DNA from: Dehalococcoidia bacterium | GTDB taxonomy: Bacteria; Chloroflexota; Dehalococcoidia; UBA2979 | Direction of reading: 5' to 3' | Length of the DNA stretch: 64,000 bases | Assembly (NCBI GenBank): GCA_964291495.2 | Contig: OZ219871.1 | Location: forward strand, 864,001-928,000 | Part shown: positions 9,891-19,016 of the stretch, in pieces | Layout of the letters: each line of letters begins with the position of its first letter | Numbering within the stretch: the stretch's first letter is position 1 | Notes under the pieces: generated by a model | What the model was told of the DNA's origin: nothing | Databases searched by the model: none | Seen by the model: the letters and a program-made list of their open reading frames with translations, nothing else | Translations under genes and position numbers: made by a program

Positions 9891-10355
9891 CTATCGCGGC
9901 GTGCCTGATCGGCCGCCCGGCCCTCCGCTGAGCGCCGGTTCCGACGCCGGGGCGGCAATCACCTGCAAGCGCTTGCCGACCGCTCCGAGTGCGGCGTCCA
10001 TCTGGTCCAGCCGCGAGTGGTGGTTCACGTCGAGCACTCGATCGACTTGTGGCATGTGCCAGCCGAGGCGGCGTGCCAGCTCGGCCTTCCCGACGCCCTG
10101 ATCCCGCATCCCCTGGTAGAGCATCACCTTGACCGAGGTGAGGGTCGGCAGCACGGCGTCGATCTCGCCTCGGGAGGGCTCTGGAATGTCCCTGCGATCG
10201 TGGATGCGGGCAGCGATTGCCTCTTCGAGGGCGTCGACGGCGCGGGCGAGGGCCTCCTCGCGGTCGTCACCGAAGGTAGTCAGCTCAGGGAAGTCGGGCG
10301 ATGTCGCCAGCACGGCGCCATCGCCGTCCTCAAGCACGATCGGGTAGGCGAGCAT
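9891..10355 (-). CDS. hicB: HicB antitoxin with C-terminal HTH
   Basis: MLAYPIVL..PDFPE..TFGD..EAL; C-terminal KAELARRLG. Confidence 0.9.
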   Translation of the reverse strand: MLAYPIVLEDGDGAVLATSPDFPELTTFGDDREEALARAVDALEEAIAARIHDRRDIPEPSRGEIDAVLPTLTSVKVMLYQGMRDQGVGKAELARRLGWHMPQVDRVLDVNHHSRLDQMDAALGAVGKRLQVIAAPASEPALSGGPGGRSGTPR

Positions 10356-10542
10356 CAGTTCAACCCCAGGTCCTTCTTGATCTTGGCGACGAGCCCTCGT
10401 CCCAACTCCTTGCGTCCGCCGTGCATCGGCAGTGGCTGGTTCGGTTCCCACGCCGCACGGTGATGTGCCCGCTGCCGCCCTTGTGGGTATGAAACGTGCA
10501 GCCCCGTCTGCTCAGCCAGCGACGGAACTCGCGCGCGTTCAT
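10355..10542 (-). pseudogene. hicA: HicA toxin with 1-nt frameshift
   Basis: MNAREFRRWL..KGGSGH..GNRTS continues in another frame as LPMHGGRKELGRGLVAKIKKDLGLN*, whose TGA overlaps the hicB ATG. Confidence 0.85.
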
Positions 10543-10557
10543 CGATCCGATCGTACG

Positions 10558-10571
10558 CAACACTTCTGTTG
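10558..10571. promoter_or_regulatory. operator-like inverted repeat CAACA-N4-TGTTG upstream of hicA
   Basis: Next to minus-strand -10 TACGAT (10550-10555). Confidence 0.55.
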
Positions 10572-10683
10572 TTGTCACATCCCTGCTGCTCGCGACTTCG
10601 CCCTACCCCCGCCCGCTTGACGCGCCGCGCGCGGGCGCACCACCATCGGGCGGCAGCCAGCCCGCGCGCGGAGGGCGGTGCGT

Positions 10684-11898
10684 GTGAGCGGGACGAACGG
10701 CGACGGATCGGGCGACGCGTCCGAGGGCGCGACGGCCCTCGACGGCCTGCGCGTCGTCGAGATCGCGGCCGGGCGCGCCGTCGCCTACTGCGCGCAACTG
10801 CTCGCCCAGTACGGCGCCGAGGTGATCCGCATCGAGCCGCCCGGCGGCGATGCGATCCGCCTCGCCGGTCCCTTCAACGGCGACACGCCCGACCCCGACG
10901 GCGGCGGACTGCACGCCGCCATCAACCGCGGCAAGCGCAGCGTCGCGCTCGACCTCGAACGCGACGAGGAGGCAGCGCTCGCGGCCCGGCTGATCGAGGG
11001 CGCCGCGCTGCTCGTCTCCGACTGGCGCGAGGGCGAGCGGCTCGCCCCGGAGCTGCCGCTCGCCGACCCGGAGCGCTGGGGCGAGCGCTTCCCGGAGACG
11101 ACCTTCGTCTCGATCTCCGACTTCGGCATGACCGGGCCGTACGCTGCATGGCGCGCGGACAGCCACATCATCGAGGGCCTCGCGGGGTTCTCTTACGTGA
11201 GCGGTGATCCGGACCGCGAGCCGCTCAGCGCGGGCATCGAGATCAGCGACTACTTCGCGGCCACGCATGCGGCGATCTCCGCGCTCGCCGCCGTCGCCGC
11301 GGCACGCCGGGGACAGCACACGCACGTGGTCGACGTCTCCGCGCATGAGGCGCTGACGATGACGGACGACCACAACCTCGTCGTCTGGCTCGGCTCGGGC
11401 GTGGTGCGGAAGCGCTACTACTCGCGGATCCTGCCCGGCTACCCGAACGACATCATGGCCTGCAAGGACGGCTATATCGCCTTCGTGCCCGTCGGCACGG
11501 GCCATCACGACTTCGCCGGAGTGATCTCGACGCTGCTCGAACGGCCGGACATGAAGGACAGCCCGATCTTCACGGAGACGCAGACGCGCAACCTGCGCTG
11601 GCGCGAGTTCGACGCCGTCGCGCTGCCCTGGCTGGCACGCCACACCCGCGAGGAGATCTTCCGGCGAGCTGGCGAGCTGGGGCTTGGCTTCGGCACGGTC
11701 CCGGACGTCGAGGACCTGCTCGGCGATCACCACCTCGAGGAGCGCGACTACTGGGACGAAGGACCGGACGGCGTCCGGCTCACCGGCGCGGGCGCGATCC
11801 TCTCGGCCACGCCTCAGCGCTTCGGCCCCGCGCCCGCCCTCGACGCCGACGGCGAGGCGCTGCGCGCGAGCGCGGCGACGGCGGACGGGGCGGCCTGA
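10684..11898 (+). CDS. class III (CaiB/BaiF) CoA-transferase
   Basis: ALDGLRVVE, GAEVIRIEPPGGD, NRGKRSVALDL, ISDFGMTGP. Confidence 0.92.
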   Translation: MSGTNGDGSGDASEGATALDGLRVVEIAAGRAVAYCAQLLAQYGAEVIRIEPPGGDAIRLAGPFNGDTPDPDGGGLHAAINRGKRSVALDLERDEEAALAARLIEGAALLVSDWREGERLAPELPLADPERWGERFPETTFVSISDFGMTGPYAAWRADSHIIEGLAGFSYVSGDPDREPLSAGIEISDYFAATHAAISALAAVAAARRGQHTHVVDVSAHEALTMTDDHNLVVWLGSGVVRKRYYSRILPGYPNDIMACKDGYIAFVPVGTGHHDFAGVISTLLERPDMKDSPIFTETQTRNLRWREFDAVALPWLARHTREEIFRRAGELGLGFGTVPDVEDLLGDHHLEERDYWDEGPDGVRLTGAGAILSATPQRFGPAPALDADGEALRASAATADGAA

Positions 11899-11899
11899 G

Positions 11900-13240
11900 A
11901 TGCGCTTCTTCGAGGATCTGAAGGTCGTCGCGCTGACCCAGGGCTGGGTCGGGCCGCTGGCGACCCGCATCCTCTCCGACCTCGGTGCGAACATGGTGCG
12001 CGTCGAGCGGGCGTTCACGCCGGGCGGCAACTACGGCAACCGCACGCTCTTCCCGCCTCGCAACGACATCACGGGCGAGGTCTGGAACCGCAACATCTAC
12101 TTCACCGTCCGCAACGCCGGCACGCGCTCCGCGATGATCGACCTCGGGCAGGAGGAGGGCCGCGCGCTGGTGCGCCGGCTGATCTCCGAGGCCGACGTGG
12201 TCGTCGAGAACTTCATGCCCGGCGTCGTCGCCCGCCTCGGCTTCGACTTCAAGGAGCTGCACGAGGAGTTCCCGGAGCTGATCCTGCTGCACCTGAGCGG
12301 CTTCGGGCAGACCGGCCCCAACGCCTTCCGCCCCGCCAACGGCATGACGATGGAGCCCGCCTCGGGCGTGCCGACGGTGACCGGCTACCGTGGCGAGGGC
12401 CCGACGAAGACCGGCCAGACCTGGGTCGACCCCTACTCCGGGCTGCACGGGACGGCCGCCCTCGTGGCCGCCCTGATCCACCGGGACCGCACGGGCGAGG
12501 GCCAGATCATCGACGTCTCGATGCAGGAGGCGACGCTGCCGGTCCTCGAGTCGCAGTTCGCCGACTACCAGCGCAACGGCCGCCACCAGACGCGCGACGG
12601 CAACCGCCGCCCGGGCACGGTGCGCGGCGCCTACTCCTGCGCGGGTGACGACGACTGGGTGGCGATCTCGCTGCGCACCGAGGCGGAGTGGCAGGCCTTC
12701 TGTCGCGCGAGCGGCCACGAGGCCTGGCTCGACGACCCGCGCTTTGCGGACGCCGCCTCGCGCACGGAGCACCACGACGCCCTCGACGAGCTGATCGGCG
12801 AGTGGACGCGGGAGCGGGACAAGTTCGAGGTCGCCACGCTACTGCAGGCGGCGGGCGCGCCCGCCGGGCCGATCCTCAAGGCCGACGAGGTGATCGCGGA
12901 CCCGCACCTGGCCGCGCGCGAGTTCTTCGACGATCTGAAGATCGGCGACTTCGGGCGCGTGCCGATCCAGCGCTATCTGCCCGCGAAGTTCGACGGCGCC
13001 GCCGTGCCCGCAAAGGGGCCGGCGCCGCACCTCGGGGCGGACACGGACGCGGTGCTGGCGGAGCTGGGGCTGAGCGAGGCCGAGATCGAGGACCTGCACG
13101 CGCGGCGCATCGCCGACCGCGCCTCCGACCTGCAATCGGACCCCATCGCGCGCGAGGGCTCGCAGCTCCCGTTCGAGGACTACGAGGAGATGGGCTCCGT
13201 GCTGCGCATCGACCGCGACTACGCGCCGAAGCCGTTGTAG
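11900..13240 (+). CDS. class III CoA-transferase
   Basis: GWVGPLATRILSDLGA, ADVVVENF.PG, SGFGQTGP, catalytic Asp in WVDPYSG. Confidence 0.92.
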   Translation: MRFFEDLKVVALTQGWVGPLATRILSDLGANMVRVERAFTPGGNYGNRTLFPPRNDITGEVWNRNIYFTVRNAGTRSAMIDLGQEEGRALVRRLISEADVVVENFMPGVVARLGFDFKELHEEFPELILLHLSGFGQTGPNAFRPANGMTMEPASGVPTVTGYRGEGPTKTGQTWVDPYSGLHGTAALVAALIHRDRTGEGQIIDVSMQEATLPVLESQFADYQRNGRHQTRDGNRRPGTVRGAYSCAGDDDWVAISLRTEAEWQAFCRASGHEAWLDDPRFADAASRTEHHDALDELIGEWTRERDKFEVATLLQAAGAPAGPILKADEVIADPHLAAREFFDDLKIGDFGRVPIQRYLPAKFDGAAVPAKGPAPHLGADTDAVLAELGLSEAEIEDLHARRIADRASDLQSDPIAREGSQLPFEDYEEMGSVLRIDRDYAPKPL

Positions 13241-13268
13241 GAAGCGACAGGCCAGAGCCTGTCGTTTC
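13241..13268. terminator. hairpin between convergent genes
   Basis: GAAGCGACAGGC-caga-GCCTGTCGTTTC. Confidence 0.6.
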
Positions 13269-13337
13269 GCGATTCACTTATCGGCCGCGCCCTGTGCGTG
13301 GCACTCGGAGCGGCACACCCAAAGGGGGGAAGTGGCC

Positions 13338-13727
13338 CTAGTCGCGCCACCCCCACACGGCTATTCGCAGGGCGGTGACCACGCACGCGTAGGCCGCGGC
13401 GGCCACGAAGTTCAACGGTGCCCCGCCAGGCCAGTTGTGGAGCACCAGGGTGCCGCCGGAGATCAGCACGGCCACAAAGACGAAACTGCGGAACGTCGTT
13501 CCGCGCGTCAGTGACGGCGGCTTGATGGCTCCCCGCATCCACCAGCTGTACAGCAGAACGGCCGCCCACTGGTAGGCGATGATGGACGCGAACACCCACG
13601 CAACTGGCCATCTTGGCCACGTAACGTAGAACACCAAGAGGGTGCCACCGCCGAACACGATCACGAAGAAGGCGATCGTGTGGAGCAGTTCGCCCCATGT
13701 CGTGTTCGGCGGAAGCCAGCGGCTCAT
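13338..13727 (-). CDS. hypothetical 4-TM membrane protein
   Basis: 129 aa, four hydrophobic segments, visibly lower GC than flanks. Confidence 0.6.
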   Translation of the reverse strand: MSRWLPPNTTWGELLHTIAFFVIVFGGGTLLVFYVTWPRWPVAWVFASIIAYQWAAVLLYSWWMRGAIKPPSLTRGTTFRSFVFVAVLISGGTLVLHNWPGGAPLNFVAAAAYACVVTALRIAVWGWRD

Positions 13728-13819
13728 AGAGGGTCAGGCTAGAACGGCTTGAGAGGGATTACAAACGTAGCAGCGCGAGCAGGAACCTGACTTGGCCAGC
13801 CCACAACAAGTAGGAGGCA

Positions 13820-15676
13820 CTAGCGCGCGGGGAGCCGGTCCTGCGCGTGCCAGACGCGATCGAGGATCGGGCGGCCCTCGCCGGCGGGGTCGACGAACTC
13901 GGGGCGGTAGATCCAGTGGACCTCGCCGCCGTCGCCGCGGATCACGATCGGGCGGATGCGGTAGCCGATCAGCCGCTCCTGCGTGAATCCGAGCTCCGTC
14001 ACCATCCCCTGCGTCGTCTCCACCGACCAGTCCTGGTCGAAGACGAAGTTGCCGGACGAGTAGGTCACGAGCGCGTCGTCGAAGTGCTCCACCGCCTGCA
14101 CCCAGTGCGGGTGGCTTCCGAGCACGAACGATGCGCCGGACTCGATCGCGATGCCGCCGATCTCGCGCTGCAGCGTCGTCGGATCCGCCGTTTCCTCGAT
14201 GCCCCAGTTCGCGCCGACCACGACGTGATCCGCGATCGCGCGCGCCGACAGCACATCCTCGCGCAGCATCGATCTGTCGAGCGGCGCCGTGCCTGGTGAG
14301 TGCTCCCCGGCCTCGTACCAGGACGCGACCGTGTCGTAGCCGAGGAAGGCGAAGCGCACGAAGCCGTTCGCTGTGTGCACCCTGACCACGGCCGGGGCGC
14401 GAGCGGCCGCCAGATCCTCGCCGGCGCCGGCGGTGGCGATGCCGGCCTCGTGCAGTCGCTTCAGCGTGTCGAGCAGCGCCCCGGTGTTGGAGCAGCCCTC
14501 CCAGCAGTCGAGCATGTGGTTGCCGTTCGTCAGCATTACGTCCACCCCCGCCTCGGCCGCCGCGCCGACGGCGCGAGGGCTGCCCTGCAGCGTGAACGTC
14601 GCCACGCAGGGCGTCGGCTCGCCGAGGTCCGTCAGCGAGGAGTCGAGGGGAACGACGGCGATGTCCGCCGCCGCGATCGCGTCGCGCACGCCGTCGAACA
14701 TCGCGCCGTAGTCGTCGAGCAGGGCGAGCACGAAGTTGCTGCAGCGCACCGGGATCAGGTCGCCGGTGGTCAGCATGCCGGCCGGGTCGAAGGGAGGCGC
14801 TGCGGCCAGTCCGAGGGCGGTCGACAGCTTGACGACGTCGTTCAGGCCCGGGGCGCGGACCCAGCGCACCTCGCTGAGCGGCGAGTCACGCGCCGGATCG
14901 CGGTACGGGTCGTGGCCGTCGACGGTGAGTGCGAGCACGCCGATCCGCAGTTGCTCCGGCTCGACCAGCGCGAACGCTCCCGGCGTTCCGGCAACGAGGT
15001 CGACCAGCTCGGCGTCCGGGATCAGCTCGGCCTCCAGATCCTCGAGCGCGATCCCGAGCGCTGCCGCGATGAGCGGCGCCCGCGAGGCGGGGAGGTACGG
15101 CAGGAGCGGCTGCCGGCTACCGCCGAGCAGGGACCAGTCGGGGACCTCGCCGCGGAGGATGCCCGGCACATCTGCGCGGTCCAGGTCTAGCACGTCGCGT
15201 CGCTGGTCCGTGATCGCCGCCCAGCGTGCGAGCACGACCGGCCGGGCGCCGGCGATCGGCGCGTCGGCGACTGCCCAGCGCGCCCCGGCATCGGTGGCCG
15301 GGCCGAAGTCGGGCGCTGCGGCCAGGGCCGCCTCGAGGCGGGCGCGCTCTGCCGGATCTGACACGAGGATCGCGACCGCCGCGCCGGCGGCCGGCGTGGG
15401 CGTCGCGACCACCGTCGGGGTTGGGGTCGCCGTCGGCGGCGCGGCGGTCGGCAACGGTGTCACGTCGGGCGTCGGCAGCGGGGTCGCCTCGGGCGTGGGC
15501 GGCGCGGTCGCCACGGCCGTCGCAACCGCCGTCGGCGCGGGCGGCGGCGGCGAGTCGCCGGACGGCCACGTGCAGGCGCTGAGGCCGATCGCAAGTGCGA
15601 GCGCGGTCAGAACCTGCAGCACGCGCCGCGCACGGCACGCGCGCACGATCTCCCCGCTCGCGACACGACCCGCCAT
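13820..15676 (-). CDS. CapA/PGA_cap family metallophosphoesterase lipoprotein
   Basis: Lipobox LSAC, Pro/Thr linker, TGD, NGNHMLD, NWGIE, GSHPHWVQ, YSSGNFVFDQ. Confidence 0.88.
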   Translation of the reverse strand: MAGRVASGEIVRACRARRVLQVLTALALAIGLSACTWPSGDSPPPPAPTAVATAVATAPPTPEATPLPTPDVTPLPTAAPPTATPTPTVVATPTPAAGAAVAILVSDPAERARLEAALAAAPDFGPATDAGARWAVADAPIAGARPVVLARWAAITDQRRDVLDLDRADVPGILRGEVPDWSLLGGSRQPLLPYLPASRAPLIAAALGIALEDLEAELIPDAELVDLVAGTPGAFALVEPEQLRIGVLALTVDGHDPYRDPARDSPLSEVRWVRAPGLNDVVKLSTALGLAAAPPFDPAGMLTTGDLIPVRCSNFVLALLDDYGAMFDGVRDAIAAADIAVVPLDSSLTDLGEPTPCVATFTLQGSPRAVGAAAEAGVDVMLTNGNHMLDCWEGCSNTGALLDTLKRLHEAGIATAGAGEDLAAARAPAVVRVHTANGFVRFAFLGYDTVASWYEAGEHSPGTAPLDRSMLREDVLSARAIADHVVVGANWGIEETADPTTLQREIGGIAIESGASFVLGSHPHWVQAVEHFDDALVTYSSGNFVFDQDWSVETTQGMVTELGFTQERLIGYRIRPIVIRGDGGEVHWIYRPEFVDPAGEGRPILDRVWHAQDRLPAR

Positions 15677-15782
15677 GCTCGCTCCTGCCACCCACTCTCA
15701 GGACGCGCGGCGGGAGCGGGAGGTTCCCGCACTGCGGTGGCGGCGGCAGCGGCGAACAGCGGATGGCCTGAGCGCGGTCCGC

Positions 15783-15924
15783 TCAGGCGATGTTGCGCTG
15801 GCGGAGGATCGCCACGTCCTCGGGCGTGTAGCCGAGCGCGGAGGTCAATACCTCGCTGGTGTGCTCGCCGAGCAGCGGCGCGCGGCGCAGCGCGCCCGGC
15901 GTGCCGTGCATGCGGATGGGCAGC
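15783..15924 (-). repeat. 142-bp copy of the 3' end of the CoA-transferase gene (16440-16581)
   Basis: Direct comparison shows identity except 3 substitutions; includes the stop codon. Confidence 0.95.
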
Positions 15925-15939
15925 AGCGGAGCAGCACCC

Positions 15940-16242
15940 TCAGGGGTCGGTCTTGAGGAGTGCCGGGAGGATTGTCGTATTCCAGTAGTCGTCATCACCC
16001 GCCCGCCGTAACTCCTCCACCAACTGCGCCGTCTCCACGCCGACATCCTCCGCCAGTTCCGAGGCGGACCGGTCACCGGCCAACGCGGTGACAGCCTCGC
16101 GCAGCTTCAGCACGTATTGCGCAACATCGTATGCAGCTCGATCGGATGCGGCGCGGACCTGCAGAGCCTCGAGCTTCTCGAGCCAGTCCAGACCCCGTTC
16201 GGCCTCGTCGAACCTGTCATCCAGTGCGTCGGTCGTAGTCAT
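15940..16242 (-). CDS. orphan 100-aa protein with HTH-like C-terminal half
   Basis: GGAGG RBS 8 nt before ATG; MTTTDALDDRF...SASELAEDVGVETAQLVEELRRAG. Confidence 0.65.
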   Translation of the reverse strand: MTTTDALDDRFDEAERGLDWLEKLEALQVRAASDRAAYDVAQYVLKLREAVTALAGDRSASELAEDVGVETAQLVEELRRAGDDDYWNTTILPALLKTDP

Positions 16243-16439
16243 GTCGGTAGCCTCCACTGCCAGCATCGGCTGCGTGCGCAGGCCGCGAGAATCAATCCAC
16301 GTGGTACAGGGTACTACCACGATCCGGCGAGCGTGCCCGAGTGATGCGACGCTGCGTCCCGCGCGGGCGCCGTGTCGTTTCGCCGAGACTTCGATGGAGC
16401 CGCGGAGCCGCGCGCGGAGTGCCGGGCGCGCCCGCACCG

Positions 16440-17672
16440 TCAGACGATGTTGCGCTGGCGGAGGATCACCACGTCCTCGGGCGTGTAGCCGAGCTCGGAG
16501 GTCAATACCTCGCTGGTGTGCTCGCCGAGCAGCGGCGCGCGGCGCAGCGCGCCCGGCGTGCCGTGCATGCGGATGGGCAGCCCCGGGAACTCGAACGCCC
16601 CTGCCTCGGGGTGTTCGATCGTGGTGATGAACTCGCGCTCGCGCAGGTGCGGGTCGGCGAAGACGTCCGCCATCGAGTTGATCGCGCCGACGGGGAGGCC
16701 TACCTCCTGCGCCTCCTCCATCACCTGCTGCTTCGTGCGCTCCAGCAGCCACGGGTAGAGCAGCGCGTCGAGATCCCCGCCGTGCTCGATGTGCTCGAGC
16801 CGGGCGAGCGTCTCCTCGTCGTCGATCAGCTCCGGATGCCCGATCATGCGGCAGAAGCGGTCGAACCACTGCAGCGCGCCGTTGACGAAGACGTAGCCGT
16901 CCTGGCAGGGGTAGACGCCTCGAGGGATGGCGTTGCGCCGCAGCTCGCGCATCCGCAGGTGCATCAGCGAGCCCGAGTACTGCCAGGCGACGAGGTTCGG
17001 CCCGCCCCGATCCATCGAGGCGCTGAGCACGTCCTGGATCGAGACGTCGAGGGTCTGGCCCACGCCGTCGCGGTCCGCCGCCATCAGCGCGCCGAACGAC
17101 ATCGCCGCGGCGGCGGCCCCGGCGAGGAAGAGCGGGGCGTAGAGCCCGATCTTGATCGGCTCGCGCTCCGGCACGCCGGTGATCTGCAGCACCCCGCCCG
17201 TGGCGTAGAGCAGCATGTCGTCGGCCTCGAAGTCCCGGTACGGGCCGTACTGCCCGAAGTTGGAGATGCGGATCAGCGAGGCCCGCGGGCGCTGCGCCGC
17301 GAGCCGCTCCGCGTCGAGCCCGAGCCGCTCGAGGGCGCCCGGCCGGAAGTTCTCGAAGACGAGGTCCGCGCTCGCGGCGAGGCGTTGCAGGATGCCCTGC
17401 CCGCTCGCTGTCTTGAGGTTGAGCGTGACGCTGCGCTTGCCGGTGTTGATGTGGAGGAAGACGCCGCCGCGCTCCGGGTGCGGCTCGTCGTTGGGGAAGG
17501 GGCCCATGCGGCGCGCCGGATCGCCGCCGTCCGGGCGCTCGATCTTGATCACGTCCGCGCCGTAGTCGGCATAGAGCTTCGTCGCGTACGGTCCGGCGAC
17601 GCCCTGCGTCAGATCGAGGATGCGAATCCCCTCGAGGGGCGGTCCCTGCGTTTGGCTTTCGCTGTCCGCCAT
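16440..17672 (-). CDS. class III CoA-transferase (catalytic Asp apparently absent)
   Basis: PLEGIRILDL, AGPYATKLYADYGADVIKIE, NTGKRSVTLNL; KIGLYAPLFLAG where Asp is expected. Confidence 0.9.
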   Translation of the reverse strand: MADSESQTQGPPLEGIRILDLTQGVAGPYATKLYADYGADVIKIERPDGGDPARRMGPFPNDEPHPERGGVFLHINTGKRSVTLNLKTASGQGILQRLAASADLVFENFRPGALERLGLDAERLAAQRPRASLIRISNFGQYGPYRDFEADDMLLYATGGVLQITGVPEREPIKIGLYAPLFLAGAAAAAMSFGALMAADRDGVGQTLDVSIQDVLSASMDRGGPNLVAWQYSGSLMHLRMRELRRNAIPRGVYPCQDGYVFVNGALQWFDRFCRMIGHPELIDDEETLARLEHIEHGGDLDALLYPWLLERTKQQVMEEAQEVGLPVGAINSMADVFADPHLREREFITTIEHPEAGAFEFPGLPIRMHGTPGALRRAPLLGEHTSEVLTSELGYTPEDVVILRQRNIV

Positions 17673-17795
17673 CGCCGCCGCCGCCTCCCGACCCGCGCCG
17701 CGCGAGGCTAGCCCGTCGCCGCCCGCGCTGTCGACCGGCGCACACCCGCTAGAATCGCAGGGAGGCGGCAGCGCGGAGCAGCGAGGGCGGCGGCG

Positions 17796-19016
17796 ATGGC
17801 GCAGCAACGGGTCGATGCGGTCTTCATGCGCGGCGGCACCAGTCGCGGCATCTTCTTCCAGCGCGCCTGGCTGCCCGCGGCCCGCGAGGACTGGGATCCG
17901 ATCTTCCTCGGCGCGCTCGGCAGCCCGGACCCCTACGGCCGCCAGCTCGACGGCCTGGGGGGCGGCGTCTCCTCGCTCTCCAAGGTCGTCGTCGTCGAGC
18001 CGTCGTCGAGGCCGGACGCGGATGTCGAGTACACCTTCGGCCAGGTCGCCGTCCGCGAGGCGGCGGTCGCCTACCGCACGAACTGCGGCAACCTCACCTC
18101 CGCCGTCGGCCCCTTCGCCGTCGACGAGGGCCTCGTCACGCCCTCGGTCGACTCGCGCGGCGAGACGGCGGTGCGGCTCTACAACGTGAACACGAAGAAG
18201 CGCATCGTGGCCCGCTTCCCGCTCGACGGCGGGAGCGCCGCCGTCGAGGGCGAGTTCGAGCTGCTCGGCGTCGGCGGCAGCGGCGCGCCGATCCGCCTCG
18301 AGTTCCAGGACCCCGGCGGCGCCGTCACCGGCGACCTGCTCCCCGGCGGCGCGCCCGCGGAGCTGCTCGCCGTCCCCGGCATCGGCGACCTGCGCGTCTC
18401 GATCGTGGACGCGACGACGGCGGTCGTCGCCGTCAGTGCCGCCGACCTCGGCCTCTCCGGCAGCGAGCTGCCCGACGCGATCGAGGCCGACGCCGGGCTG
18501 CTCGCGCGCCTTGAGGCGGTGCGCGGGGCCGCCGCGCTGCGGCTCGGCCTCTCGCCGAGCGTGGAGGAGGCGAGCACATGCTCGCCGCAGAGCCCGCTGA
18601 TCGCGATCGTCTCCGCGCCGCAACCGGCGACGACCCTCGCGGGCGAGGCAATCGTGCCCGAGGCGGTCGACCTCACCGCCCGCGTGATGTCGATGGGCCA
18701 GGCGCACCGCGCGCTGCCGCTGACGGCGGCGATGTGCCTCGCCGTCGCCGCGCGCATCGAGGGCAGCGTGGTGCACGAGCTGACGCGGCCCGGCGATCCG
18801 GTCGCCGACCTGCGGCTCGGCAACCCCTCGGGCGTGCTGCCCGTGGCGGCGAGCGTGCGCCGCGAGGGCGGCGGCGAGGGCAACTGGATCGCCGACGACG
18901 TGGTGGTCTACCGCACCGCCCGGCGGCTGATGGAGGGGCGCGTGCTGGTGCCCGCCTCGCGCCTCGCAACCCCCGAGGCGGCGACGATGGCAGCGGCGGC
19001 AGGAGCCACGCCGTGA
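17796..19016 (+). CDS. PrpF/AcnD-accessory family isomerase
   Basis: MRGGTSRG, RQLDGLGGG.SSLSKV, NCGNL, RTARRLMEG. Confidence 0.92.
   Translation: MAQQRVDAVFMRGGTSRGIFFQRAWLPAAREDWDPIFLGALGSPDPYGRQLDGLGGGVSSLSKVVVVEPSSRPDADVEYTFGQVAVREAAVAYRTNCGNLTSAVGPFAVDEGLVTPSVDSRGETAVRLYNVNTKKRIVARFPLDGGSAAVEGEFELLGVGGSGAPIRLEFQDPGGAVTGDLLPGGAPAELLAVPGIGDLRVSIVDATTAVVAVSAADLGLSGSELPDAIEADAGLLARLEAVRGAAALRLGLSPSVEEASTCSPQSPLIAIVSAPQPATTLAGEAIVPEAVDLTARVMSMGQAHRALPLTAAMCLAVAARIEGSVVHELTRPGDPVADLRLGNPSGVLPVAASVRREGGGEGNWIADDVVVYRTARRLMEGRVLVPASRLATPEAATMAAAAGATP

Noticed and set aside
13260-16383. Shared 11-mer TGTCGTTTCGC near two orphan-gene islets (13260, 16373)
   Set aside because: Short, inconsistent position relative to the boundaries, and one copy is part of a hairpin; cannot be separated from chance
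15783-16581. 142-bp repeat as a DGR template/variable repeat pair
   Set aside because: Mismatches are not confined to adenines of one copy on one strand, no reverse transcriptase is in the window, and the target is a CoA-transferase
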